Shown piece after piece: positions 31,741 to 44,805 of a stretch of DNA of 64,000 bases. This stretch comes from Rhynchopus sp. YZ270_cl-10 (taxonomy: Eukaryota). How positions within the stretch are numbered: the stretch's first letter is position 1; every line of letters starts with the position of its first letter. The notes below the pieces were generated by a model. It was given only the letters and a program-made list of their open reading frames with translations. It had not been told where the DNA came from and made no database searches. Location of the stretch: assembly GCA_964035575.1 (NCBI GenBank), contig OZ037839.1, forward strand, positions 186,001-250,000, written 5' to 3'. The translations under genes were made by a program, and so were the position numbers.

Positions 31741-33502
31741 TGTCTCCCAGGGAAAGGGACTCTCGAATTTTTTTTTTCGCCCCTAAAAAGGGCTAATTTC
31801 GACGATTTGAGGCCATTTAAAGCAAAATTTGGCACTTTTGAGCATCTGTGGGGGTCTAAAACGTGGTTTTGCGAACCCGAAATTTCATGGTTTTTACCAA
31901 AGACAAGTCGATTTTTGAAAAATCTCGAAAAAAAAAATTTTTTTTTTCCGGGAAAATTTTGCCCCCTGAGCAGGGTTTTTGTGTACCAAAAAGTGCAAAA
32001 AAACGCAAGAGTCGGGTGTTTTGACGATCTGGTACCGCCATATGCAGTACAGGGGCCCACAATTTCGACTTTTTCTTAGCAATTTCCTTCATAATTTTTT
32101 TTGCGATTTTTGGCAAAGGCAAATCTCAGGCAAAAAAAATTCACCCCTGAGAGTGGGTCCTTGGGTGTCCAAAGATGCCAAAAACACAAAAATTTTGATG
32201 TTTTGACCATCTGTGGGCGCCTAAAACGCACTTCTCTGCCCAAAAAATGAATATCGATTTTTCCTTAGCGTTTTTATAGCCGTGATTTTTGGGTATTTTT
32301 TCGCAAAGGGAAAAAAAAAATATCAACCAAAATAGTGGGTCCTTGGGTGACCAAAAATGCAAAAAAACGCATTTTTTTTTGGTGTTTTGACCCTTCAGAA
32401 CCACCCAAAACGCACTTTTGTGTACCAAAACACGCATATTTCACATTTCCTTAGCAATTCCTTCACAAGTGCAAGGTGATTTTTGACCAAACTAATTTTG
32501 TGCACTTTTTTTGTGGTCACGTAACGCTAAAATCCTCTCCGTGATGCGAGAATTACATGTGAGAATGCGATAATGATTCTCGCATGCGAACGCCCAAAAC
32601 CACGAAGGAGGACGCAAGCTAGGCTTCAGTGCACTTAGGTACAGGATGCGTCGTTTTCAGTTACAAAAAAGGGTACTGTGAAGCGGTTGAGGCACACACA
32701 CAGACCCGTTGCAAAATGCATCTGGGACCCACGCTAGACCCCCCAAAAGCTGTAAAACCATATATTTCCATCTCGCGACCCCAGCGGATGTGGACTGAGG
32801 TGTTTTTTTTTGGGTGTTTAGAAAGGTGTTGGTCCGATTGGAGAATTTTTTCGGTAAGTGTTGCATTTTGTCCCCACTGAGTGTGCACTCAGAAAACACT
32901 CATCAATAAAACGACCTTTCTGTTCGGTAAAAAATAGTTATTTTCTATCGTAGTAGTGGGTTTGTCGTGCAGTGATGTTCTTTGTACCTGGAGAGTGGGC
33001 CGAGTGCAAGGTATGTTTTTAACCCCCCGATTTTCTCCCTTTTCGACATGTCCGCTATTTTTGAGCTATTTTTTTTTTTTTTGTCAACAAAAATGTCACT
33101 TTTACGTTTAAGGGGTACGGGGCGGCTTCTTGTTTGTTTGTTTGTTTGTTTTTTTGTAACCAAAAGAAAACCGACGCAGGAGCTTTTCTTGGAACTGTTT
33201 TATTCTCCCTACCCTAACAACATCACATTTCAGAAAAACATTGTTTTTTCGTTTTTGTTCACTTTCTTTTCTTCTCCCTCACACCTGTTTGCTGTGAATT
33301 AAATTTTTTCGCCTGGTCGCATACTGCGAGTTTTCCTGGAAGCGCAGGAAAAATGACTGGGGAGTGTTGGTGGCTCCGTGACGCCACAGAGCCGGCACAC
33401 TAGTTGAGTGCCTCACAAAACCTAAAAATTTATTCCGCTTTGATTTTATTTATTGTCTTCACGCTATATTGTTCACGGTGGCCCATTCCTACCCTTAGGG
33501 TA

Positions 33503-33613
33503 GGGTCCGCGGGGGGTACCCCATGGGGTACCCCCCAAATCTGAGGGGTACCCCATGGGGTACCCCCCAGACTACCCCCGGGGGTACCCCCTGGGGTACC
33601 CCGCGCGGACCCT
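33503..33613. repeat. GGGGTACCCC-rich mini-element with GGGTCCGCG termini
   Basis: Related clusters at ~36040-36062 and ~37270-37500. Confidence 0.6.
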
Positions 33614-33626
33614 GACTGGCACTGGG

Positions 33627-33800
33627 GGTACACAGGTACACAGGTACACAGGTACACAGGTACACAGGTACACAGGTACACAGGTACACAGGTACACAGG
33701 TACACAGGTACACAGGTACACAGGTACACAGGTACACAGGTACACAGGTACACAGGTACACAGGTACACAGGTACACAGGTACACAGGTACACAGGTACA
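33627..33800 (+). repeat. (GGTACACA)n microsatellite, ~22 copies; reverse complement of the 2396-2795 repeat
   Basis: Perfect 8-bp period. Confidence 0.97.
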
Positions 33801-33844
33801 GCCAGAGTGCCAGAGTCAAGGGTCCGCGCGGGGTCCGCCCCCCG

Positions 33845-34988
33845 ATGACATAACGAAGTATCGCTTGAAAATACCGTTCAATATATGTTGCTTGGTGTGC
33901 ATGAAGAAGGACACACAAGGTATATCAAACGATAAATCAATCAGATAAACGTTACATCATCGGAAAATTGTTGGCCGCCCCCCTGTCTTCGTATTTATTA
34001 CCCCGTCGACAGGCCAAACAGCGTTGGGCTCAGAAGAAGCAGTGCAAAACACTGGGGATCAACATGAGAACCAACTCCCAACAACACAGGCTACCGAAGT
34101 AGCAGGTGGGGTGTTGCGGGTGTTTGGGGTGAGAAAATCGATTTTGGTAAGTTGCAGCAGAACATTCTTAAGTTCGCACTAGTCGAGAGAGGCTTACCCG
34201 CTGCAGTGAAGCAGTGCACCCATTTAAGGGTGGAGAAGCGTGACACGCACATACAAGTATGTACGTTACTTCAACAAAGGCTGAATTCTGGTAATTCTAA
34301 GGGATGTGAATTCAGCCACCACGCAGGTAGTGTTTTAAGGTTCCTCGCTTTGTGCTGCACAGCGGACTCATGACACAAAGGAGTTGCCCCCGCTCTCTTT
34401 CGCGCAAACTTAAGAAAATTCTGAAGTAACTACAACCTGGCGTGCGGGTACAGATGCATTGCTTTGTTCTTTCCTCAAAGTCATTTCTGATCTCTCGGGT
34501 CTGTACTAAAGTCAGTGTTTAGATAAGCATCCACTTGACTCGTTCTAACAACCGTTGAAATCTAGAACAAAACAATACACTGCCCCTTCTCACACCAAGC
34601 CGCCATGCTTCAAGAGCATGCCCTGGGCAAAAATTACTGTGACAAAAATTGGTTTTCTGGGGGAACGCGATATTTTCTTGTGCCTACTGTAGTCCTCCGC
34701 AAGAGCAGAGGACAGACTTTCCGGATCCCGAAGTCGAATTTTTTGCACTAGCTATGCTCCCTGGGTTAATGGCTATAGCAGTGACTGACTAAGAGTTTCA
34801 TAATAATTGGGGCGGTCTATGGGGTGGGTTAATGGAAAAATTGGTTTAAAAACCCAACTTTTGCGGTCCCCACCCGGTTTGCAATAATTGCACCAGCTCT
34901 TCCATCGGCACTGTTTCGCTGTCACGATGAAGGGTCGTCGGTTCGGGTACCTGTTGAGAGAAATTGAGTGCAAAAGTAGAGACTACAA
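33845..34988 (+). repeat. ~1.14-kb diverged inverted repeat, partner at ~37543-38687
   Basis: Collinear reverse-complement similarity end to end. Confidence 0.85.
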
Positions 34989-36063
34989 CAAAAAAAATCA
35001 AACAAACAAACAAGAAGCCGCTCCGTACCTCTTCCATGCAAAAAAGAAAGTAAAAGACTGCCCTTCCTCAGTCCGGAAGTAGCACCTCATCCGGTTCCCT
35101 GACGTAAAAGAGTTGTAGAGGTTACGAGATGCCATGATAAAAAAGTAAAAGTGACAATTTTGACAATAAAAATATGCTTCGATTTACATCCGAGCGGGAC
35201 AAAGGCGAAAAGGGGGAGCGGGGGGGTGTAAAAACCGGGGCTTAAAAACATACCTTGCAGCACTCGCTCGGCCTACTCTCCAGGTACGAGAACATCACTG
35301 CACGAACAATCCCACTGATACTGATACCTGCATTCTATTTGTTGCCACATGGTAAAAATGACCAAAACTTCGACCAATTTTTTTTTTCTTCACAATTTGC
35401 TCATTGAGGCTTTGTATTTTTTGGGCCATTTATGACCTACCCTACACGCCCGATTTTGGGCGAGAAGAAAAAAAAATTTGGGTCAAAAAATCGACGCGTC
35501 TTTGGTAAAATCACGACTTTTCGGGCGCGAAACCACGTTTTAGACCCCCACAGATGCTCAAAAGTGCCAAATTTTGCTTTTAATGGCCTCAAAGGATCAC
35601 GGGAGCACCCCTCGTAATTACGAGGGCTCCCCACGCCGTGACTGGGCGTGGTTGGTCATAAAATGGCCCAAAAACCCCAAACAAAACCTCAGATTGACCA
35701 AATCGAGGAAAAATTGTCAAGTCGAAATTTCAGCCAAAATACGGTCATTTTGGTTATACCCCGCGGTGTATGCAGTAGCTAGAACACGTACACAGCTAAG
35801 TTCCTAAGCGATTTCCTTCACATTTTTCATGAAAAATTGGTCAAAAATCGACTTGTCTTTGGTAAAAAAACCACGAAAAATCGGCTGCGCAAAACCACGT
35901 TTTAGACCCCCACAGATGCTCAAAAGTGCCAATTTTTGCTTTTAATGGCCTCAAATCGTCGAAATTAGGCCGATATAGGGCAAAAAAAAAATTTTTGAGA
36001 GTCCCTTTCCCTGGGAGGCAATAGCCACCGGGTGTGCAGGGGGTACCCCGGGGGGTACCCCTA

Positions 36064-37258
36064 GGGGAGGGTCACTGCACGTTAAATCTCTCGATAAATG
36101 CGATTTTTCCGATTTTGATCCTCAGAACCGCAGAAGTCCCCGAAAACTATACCAATCCACCTAGGGGACCCAAAAAACGCACCAGCGCCCCAGTTTTGAC
36201 ACAGAAACACTCAGATAATGCCTGAAATGCAATTTTAAAAGAGTGCCTACAGAACTTGTACCTGCCCACCCCTGTAGATAGAGCAACTCACACATCCATC
36301 ACGCCTCAGTGTGTGCCAGGGGCCAGAAAAGCCCCCAAAGCCACATATTTTCACCCCAGAACCTATCCCGAGGGGTACCCAGCCTGTTTCGGGGTGTTTA
36401 GAGGGACTTGGTGGAACTTAGAACCATGTTTCAAAAAGGGTACAAGTACTGTGCCAAGGGTTTGCCCTCTCAAGGGACCAAGTATTTGTACCCTTTTTGA
36501 AACATGGTTCTAAGTTCCACCAAGTCCCTCTAAACACCCCGAAACAGGCTGGGTACCCCTCGGGATAGGTTCTGGGGTGAAAATATGTGGCTTTGGGGGC
36601 TTTTCTGGCCCCTGGCTCACACTGAGGCGTGATGGATGTGTGAGTTGCTCTATCTACAGGGGGGGTGGGCAGGTACAAGTTGGTGGTCACTTTTAAAAAA
36701 CGCAAAAAAGTCGCTCAGAAGTGGTCAAAAGTGCCCAAAACCGGGCGGAATTCGATTTTTGGGGTCCAAATGGGCCTATGGTGTGGTTTTTTTTGACCTC
36801 AGGGGGTATTTTTTGATTTATTGCCTACTTCACGCTTTTTGACGGCTTCAGATACCTTAGGGTGGGAAAACCCTTGGCACAGTACTTGTACCCTTTTTGA
36901 AACATGGTTCTAAGTTCCACCAAGTCCCTCTAAACACCCCGAAACAGGCTGGGTACCCCTCGGGATAGGTTCTGGGGTGAAAATATGTGGCTTTGGGGGC
37001 TTTTCTGGCCCCTGGCACACACTGAGGCGTGATGAATGTGTGATTTGCTCTATCTACAGGGGGTGGGCAGGTACAAGTTCTGTAGGCATTTTTTAAAAAT
37101 TGCATTTCAGGCATCATCTGAGTGTTTCTGTGTCAAAACTGGGGCGCTGGTGCGTTTTTTGGGTCCCCTAGGTGGTTTGGTATAGTTTTCGGGGACTTCT
37201 GCGGTTCTGAGGATCAAAATCGGAAAAATCGCATTTATCGAGTACAGTGACCCTCCCC
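36064..37258. mobile_element. Foldback-like TA-flanked element
   Basis: TA|GGGGAGGGTCACTG ... CAGTGACCCTCCCC|TA. Arms ~36092-36465 / ~36868-37241 plus an extra partial arm ~36482-36680. Confidence 0.85.
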
Positions 37259-39342
37259 TAGCCTAGGCTAGGGGGGTACCCCCCAGGGTCCGCGGGGGTA
37301 CCCCATGGGGTACCCCCGCGGACCCTGGGGGGTACCCCTCGGGGTACCCCAAACCCCCCAAAGGGTACCCCGCGCGGACCCTACCCAACCCTGTGGGGTA
37401 CCCCCTGGGGTAGCCCACGCGAGGGGGTACCCCCCGCGGACCCTACCCTGTGTGGTACCCTACCCTGCGGGGTACCCCTTTTGGGGGTACCCCCAAAAGG
37501 GTCCGCTGGGCCACCGTGTTGTTGTTGGGTTGGGAAATAAAATTGTAGTCTCTACTTTTACATTCAATTTCTCTTAACAGGTACCCGAACCGACGACCCT
37601 TCATCATAACAGCGAAGCAGTGCCGACGGAAGAGCTGGTGCAATTATTTCAAAACCAGGTGGCGATCGTAAAAGTCGGGTTTATATACCAACTTTTCCAT
37701 TAACCCACCCCATAGACCACCCTAATTATTATGAAACTCTTAGTCAGTCACTGCTATAGCCATTTAACCCAGGGAGCATAGCTAGTGCAAGAAATTCGAC
37801 TTCGGGATCCGGAAAGTCTGTCCTCTGCTCTTGCGGAGGACTAGGCACAAGAAAATATTGCGTTCCCCCAGAAAACTAATTTTTGTCACAGTAATTTTTG
37901 CCCAGGGCATGCTCTTGAAGCATGGCGGCTTGGTGTGAGAAGGGGCAGTGTATTGTTTTGTTCCAGATTTCAACGGTTGTTAGAACGAGTCAAGTGGATG
38001 CTTATCTAAACACTGACTTTAGTACAGACCCGAGAGATCACACATGACTTTGAGGAAAGAACAAAGCAATGCATCTGTACCCGCACGCCAGGTTGTAGTT
38101 ACTTCAGAATTTTCTTAAGTTTGCATGAACGAGGAGGGGCGAATCATTCTTCGGGAACCATTAGCTGTATACCATGGAATGATTTTCTCAAAAAAACACG
38201 TGGGGGCTGAATTCATATCCCTTAGAATTGCGAATTCAGCCTTTGTAGAAGGTACGTCTTACTTGTACTTGTACTTGTATGCCGTGTCACCCTTCTCGAC
38301 CTTACCGGTTCACACGCTTGGAAGCACTGTAACCCTTCTCGCTATTGCAAACTTAAGAATTTTCTGCTGTAACTTACCAAAATCGATTTTCTTTCACCCC
38401 AAACACCCGCAACACCCCACCTGCTACTTCGGTAGCCTGTGTTGTTGGGAGTTGGTTCTCATGTTGATCCCCAGTGTTTTGCACTGCTTCTTCTGAGCCC
38501 AACGCTGTTTGGCCTGTCGACGTAATAAATACGAAGACAGGGGGGCGGTGCCAACAATTTTCCAATGATGTAACGTTTTATCTGATTGATTTATCGTTTG
38601 ATATACCTTGTGTGTCCTACTTCGTAACTTGCACACACGAGCAACGTATATTGAACGGTACTTCAAGCGATACTTCGTTATGTCATTGGGGGTACCTGGA
38701 AAAAAAAATTTTTCCCAGACGTCCCAGATCTCCCAGATGTGGCCAGATCTGGGACGTCTGGGAAAATTTTTTTTTCAAAAAAAAAAAAAAAAAATTTCCA
38801 GATCTGGCCAGATCAGGGTAGATCCTTAGCGAAAGTGAAAATAAGGATTTGGAGGTACCCTAAATTGGTCAAAAATGGTAAAAATGGTAAAAATGGTAGG
38901 AATTTTGGGGGCTTTTTTAGGGGAAAAAAAGGGTGAGGGGAGTTGGGTCCAGTCATAGGGGGTATAGCATATTTTTTGGAAAATTCTTCAAAAAATCAAG
39001 GATTTTTGCTGGGCACAATGAAAATTTTCAGAAAAATCCCAATTTTCGGCCAAATTTGGAGCAAATTATGGCCCACCCACCCCGATTTTGGGTCAAAAAC
39101 CGACTTCATTTTTGCACAGGAGTGCCTACGATTTCGTAAACCAGAGGTCCTCTGGATGCATGCATTGATAAACACAACACTGGAAATTGCAAGGAACGGG
39201 TCTGTATGTGCGTGTTCTCTAGCCACCACAGTCACAGGGTATGCACAAAATGACCGAAGTGCAATGGCGATAATGGAAAGATAGATGCCGGCATTGGTGA
39301 ATTGCTGGAGTTCTGCACAGGAAGCTAGCATGACGTAGAATC

Positions 39343-41300
39343 ACACATCAGGGAACGATTCTGGAAATGGAACAAACTTCACCTTGGAGAAGAGGTTCAA
39401 CAATTACGACAGTCCCATGGATGTTGTGCTGAACGGTTCCGCATTTGTGCAGTTCAGAAGCCTTTACTACTACGGGTGGTCAAGACTTGAGTTCGACTAC
39501 GTGTGTGTGGATGCGACAACTCAAGCACCACCTACAGATGTGCCGGACACACGTGCACCTGGTGTGAACTACGTCTGTGAGGAGCACACCGACCTGAACA
39601 ATGCGACTGGGAACGCGAGCTTTCAGATTTCCCTCAGACCCGGCGGATACTATACACGTACGAGGTGCTGGCACATTGAGTGTGACAAGGATGTTGTCAT
39701 CTCGTTCTCCACCATGAATCTGTACTCCTCTTCCTACGTGGACGTGTACACAGGTAACGATTCTGGAAATGGAACAGACTTCTCCTTGGAGAAGAGGTAC
39801 AACTATTACGACAGGCCTACGGATGTTGTGGTGCACGGTTCTGCATTTGTGCAGGTAAGAAGCAATTACTACTACGCGCAGCTGAGAGTTGATTTCAACT
39901 ACGCGTGTGTGGATGCGACCACTCAAGCACCACCCTCACCTGCGCCAAACACACGTGCACCTGGTGTGAACTACGTCTGTGAGGCACACAACGACCGGAC
40001 AGGCACTGGGTACGTTAACTTTGAAAACTACAACAGCTCCCACACGGAGTGCTGGCACATTGAGTGTGATTACGACGTTGTGCTGAAGTTCTCTGACATT
40101 CAGTTGTACTACTATTCCTACGTGTCTATCTACAGCTCAGGGACCGGGGCTGGGAACGACACAAACTTCAACTTGGAGTATGACTGGTCCTCGTACACCA
40201 CCGGCCTCGAGGGTGTGGAGCTTGTGGTGAGTGGTTCTGCGTTTGTGCAGTTCAGAAGCACTTACTACTACGGGAGGTCGTACCTTGCCTTCCAGTACGA
40301 ATGCAGAGCACCGACACCTCCTCCACAGCCGCAGTGTGGGGTGGACACAGTGCCACAGCGTTGCGGGCGGGGGACGTCGCGTGCGTGTGCATTTGAGGTG
40401 AGACACCCTGCACGCCTGCTGTCGGTGGCGTTCTCGTGGGACGGACGTCGTGTGGCGACAGGGTCAGCAGACCGTTTTGTGCGTGTGTTTGACGCACGCA
40501 CGGGTGTGCGGGTGGGACAGATGGGCTGTGCAGACGGCTTCAGGGTGCACGACATTGCGTTCTCGCCAGACAACAACCTGGTGGCGCTTGCTGGGGAGGG
40601 CGGGCGTGTGGTTGTGTGCGACGCTGCGACAGGTGTGCTGGAGGCAACCCTGGTGGACATGTCTGCATCGGGGAGCACACCTGTGCACCGTGTGGAGTTC
40701 ACGAGGGACGGGCGCTACGTGGTGAGCGGAGGTGGACAGGATGCACGCACACGTGTGTTCGACATGCTTGCGTCGGACAGGACGAAGGCGGCGTCTGTGA
40801 TCAACCACCATGCACGCAACGTGGGGTTCTCTGTGGACGGTGCACACCTTGCGACAGTGCGCGGTTCTGAGGTGGACGAGGTGACGACTGTGTGGGGGCT
40901 GGACGGGATGCCTGCTGTTGAGCTGCCCTCTGTTGCCGCACGTGTGACGGCACTGTCCTTCTCGTCCTTTGGTGGGAACGCGCTCCTGCGTGGGATGAGC
41001 GACGGGACGATCCTTGTGTCGCAGCTGCCCGGGAGTTCGATTGGTGACGGCAGTGCTGTGGACGGTGTGTCTCTGAGCATGCTGTCGGGTGCTGTGCACG
41101 ACAGCAAGTTCTCACGCGACGGGAAGATGATTGCTGCTGTGGGCGAGGGTGACGTGATGGTGTGGTCGCACGACGGGTCTGTGCTGCACGACCTGCTGGG
41201 ACACTCGCAGGCTGTCCTGCCACGCCTGGACTTCTCCCCCGATGGCACACGCCTGGCAACTGTGAGCCGTGACGGCACCCTTGTGGTGTGGAAGCTGTGA
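39343..41300 (+). pseudogene. C-terminal half of a CUB-repeat/WD40 paralog (partial repeat + 2 repeats + WD40), no start or signal peptide
   Basis: Begins mid-repeat at ACACATCAGGGAACGAT. Near-identical to the C-terminus of 7754-13483, including the 3' flank to ~41850. Confidence 0.85.
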
Positions 41301-44300
41301 GCATGCATGCTGTGTGATAGGTGCTTTGTTTCCTCTTGGGGATGAACACGTTGTGTGTAACCTTTTTATTATTTGGAAGAAATTCTTTCGTTTGTTGTGT
41401 CGTGGAAACAGTGTCTATCAATTTCACTTTTGAATCGGTATTTTTTATTAGTTTTACTATTGCAACCAAGGAATTTATACCATTCCCCATTTGATACATC
41501 TGTCTGACCACCTTATGCATTCCTTGGTTGGTCTCTGTAGCCCGAGACCGGAATCTCCCCTCCTGTTCACTCCTCATTGCAGTGCTTACATTTCTGTTGT
41601 CAATAATCGTGCTCTTTTCCCCATCCCATTTGCCACACCGAGTCAATGATGTTGTTCGCATATTGTGTAACAATAAGAAACAATAACTATCAGCGACGAG
41701 GGACACTCCCCCCTCCCACGATTGTGATGATATCATTACATCGTCGTTCACGAAACCCTCATGAGTCTGATCATAGGAAACGTGGAAAATGGCAACAGAA
41801 AAAGCACTACTCTCAATGTGACTATCTTTGTGTGTTCCCTCCCCCCTTTTTTTACTCATATGCTGCGCAAGGGAGAAAAGATAAGGGGGAGGGAGGCTAG
41901 AGCCTGGTTAGCTCGTGATGGAACCTTGATGCCGTTCCACAATAAACTGATTTATCGGTATAATGATGCATCCCAAACAAGCAAGACAAAGAAGGGGTAA
42001 GGACATTCTGGTACCCCCAAGTTTGACTTTTGGACAATTCAGACCCACAAGGTTTACGATAAAGACACTTCAGACCCACAAGGTTTGCATTTTGGACAGT
42101 TCAGACCTTGTGGGTCTGAACTGTCCAAAATGCAAACCTTGTGGTCTGAACTGTCCAAAATGCAAACCTTGTGCGTGTTTTCTTCTTCTAAGGTGCTTGC
42201 TCTCCATACCTAGACCCTCGAATTTTTTTTCTTGGCCCCATACATATGCACGGATGCTGCCAGATCTGGCCAGATCTCCAGATCTGGGCCTCCCAGATCT
42301 GGCCCAGGGTAGATCCTTATTTTCGCTAAAAACGCTAAAAATCCCAGATTTATTTTCGTTTTTTTCCTTTTTTTTTCTCTCCCGTTTTTGAATTTTTTCC
42401 GCGCAGGCCTGACGCTAACTTTCAGGTTTTTGGGAAATCGTGGGAGTTATGGTTTGTCCACGAGCGCAGCGAGCAGAAAAATTGAGTAACGGTCTAAAAA
42501 AAAATCCAACAAGCAGGTTGACTGTACTGAGGCAGAATAGTGGTGTTTTTTCCACATCTCAGCTGTCGTAGAACTAAACCCCAGGGGATAATCTAGGTTT
42601 TGGGGGTTTTCGCTGAAACTCGGTCGAGCCCAACCCAGCTCGTTAGGGCCCCGGCGGAATGTGAGAATTCCTCGGTTATCCCACTGCGGAGTTCGGCACT
42701 GTATTGATAATTGCACCAGGCACCTCAGTATATTTACAAAAAGAAACGGCGGTCGTGGCACCCATGGCGAAGCCACGGTACGCAACATTTCTGAAAATGT
42801 TGCCATAAAACGGCACTGTCGTTGGTAATTATCAACAGTTACTGTAAATTTTACTTCCAGATTTTGCTGAAGCGAAAGTTTCTGGCGAAGCCACGGTACG
42901 CAATATTTCTAACACCTCGTCCCGAATTTTTGTCCGAGAATACGATTACTAATTAGTTACTCCACTAAATAAATCGAGCAAAAATATGGTGAACTCAGCG
43001 GAGCCCGGTTTTAAAAGTGCCAAAAACGACCTTTTCGTTTTGACGCGTTGTGAGTTCCTCAAATGCAATTTTGAAGGGTAAAAAATTCGGGTTTTCTAAG
43101 CACAAGCAGTGTTAAGTCAAAAAATTTCGCGAAAAAAAAATAGATTTTTTTTGCGTTAAAAGCTCGGAACCCAGAAACGTCCAATGGCGAAGTTTTTTTC
43201 TGGTTTCGTTGCACCCTGTATTTTTACTAAAAAATCGAGACAAAGTGATTTTTACCTGGATTTTTGCCTGTATTTTACTAGGGATTTTCCCTTAGTAAAA
43301 TACAGGGGAATTATCTTTATTTAAAAATTGCGCTCAAAATTGCACATTTTTACTGCCAAACTAGTCATGGGAAGGGTGGGTTGCAATCTTGCGCCGCAGG
43401 CACACGGTACGCTACTTTTTTTCCTTTCGCATGCTTCCTTTTCCTTCGGCATTTGACCAATTAAATCGCATTCTGGCTGTGACCCTTGTCGGACACTGCG
43501 CCCTCTGACAAGGGGAATACTTTCGAGAAACATTCTGAAAAAAAGTGGTAGTGCCCGGCATTAGCAAGAAAATTTTCAAATTAAATAGGTAGTGCCAATG
43601 CACCAGCAGTTTGGGTAGGCGAGACCGCATTGGGTGAACCTCCGCGAGCGCAGCGAGCGGAAATTTTTTTCCGCAGTTTTTGGGCAAAGTTCAAAATTCC
43701 ACCAAAAATTAAGTTGTGGGCATAGTAATTGTGTTCTTCAAAAATATGCTTCAAAATTGTCTTATGCAAGGCGACACTGAGAATTGACACTCATTGGTCC
43801 TTGTCTTATGAAGTGAAGACAAATATTAAAGGGGCATTGGCGGGCCGAAGGCCAGCCAAAAAAACGGTAGCGAACTTTTACTTTTTTTCCTTTCGGTTTC
43901 CCCCTTATTTTGACTTTCCGGATCGATTGCGGACCGTGGTGGTGCCACTCTGTGGCTGGAAATTAGTAGGTAACCAAAAAAATGAGCCAGAGAAAAAAGG
44001 AAAAAAAAAAAGGAAAAAAAAATAAAAAATCTCAAAGGAGGTACCCTAACTGTTCGGTCCAATTCGGTGTAATTCGGTCCATTTCGTTTTTTTTTTTTTT
44101 CGCAAAGGGAAATTTCCCCTTGTACCAGAAAAACCGAAAAAAACGAAATGAAAACCGAAAAAAACCGAAATGTTAGGGTACCTTTTTTGGTCGATTTCGT
44201 TTTTTTTCCAAAGGGGGGGACCCTTTGGTCGCCGAAATTCCCCAGCCAAATTTGGTCGCAAAATCGGCCGATTTTTCAAAAATCTCAAAAATTTTAAAAA

Positions 44301-44805
44301 AAAAAAAATTTTTTTTTTTTCACAAGTGTTTTTGAGGCCTGCTCACTACACCCTAGGTACCCTTCTGAGACCAAAAAGTCAAAAAAAGCATGAATTGGGC
44401 TGTTTTGAGCATCTAGAGTTTATTCCCCAGCCATTTTCTGTACCACCAGTGCACTTTGTATGGGCCAGCGCCTTGTCGAAAAATCTAAAAATCTCAAAAA
44501 AAAAAAATTTTTTTTTCGGGAAAATTTCGACCACTGAGGTGGGTCTTTGGGCACCAAAAAATGCAAAAAAAATGCAAAAATCGGGTGTTTTGACCATCTG
44601 TGGTTACACAAAACACACTTCTGTGTACAAGCCTACACCAATACAGTGGTAATACAAGGCGATTTTTGACCAAAAAAAAATTTTTTTTTTCGCCCAAAAT
44701 CGGGCGTGGTACGTCATAAAATGGCCCAAAAAATCCAAGGAAAACCTTCGATTGGGCAAATTATGAAAAAATTTTTCAAGTCAAATTTTCAACCAAAATA
44801 CGGTC

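Noticed and set aside
39384..41300. 638-aa ORF as an independent gene
   Set aside because: TTG start in mid-repeat, no signal peptide. It is the displaced half of the gene starting at 47409.
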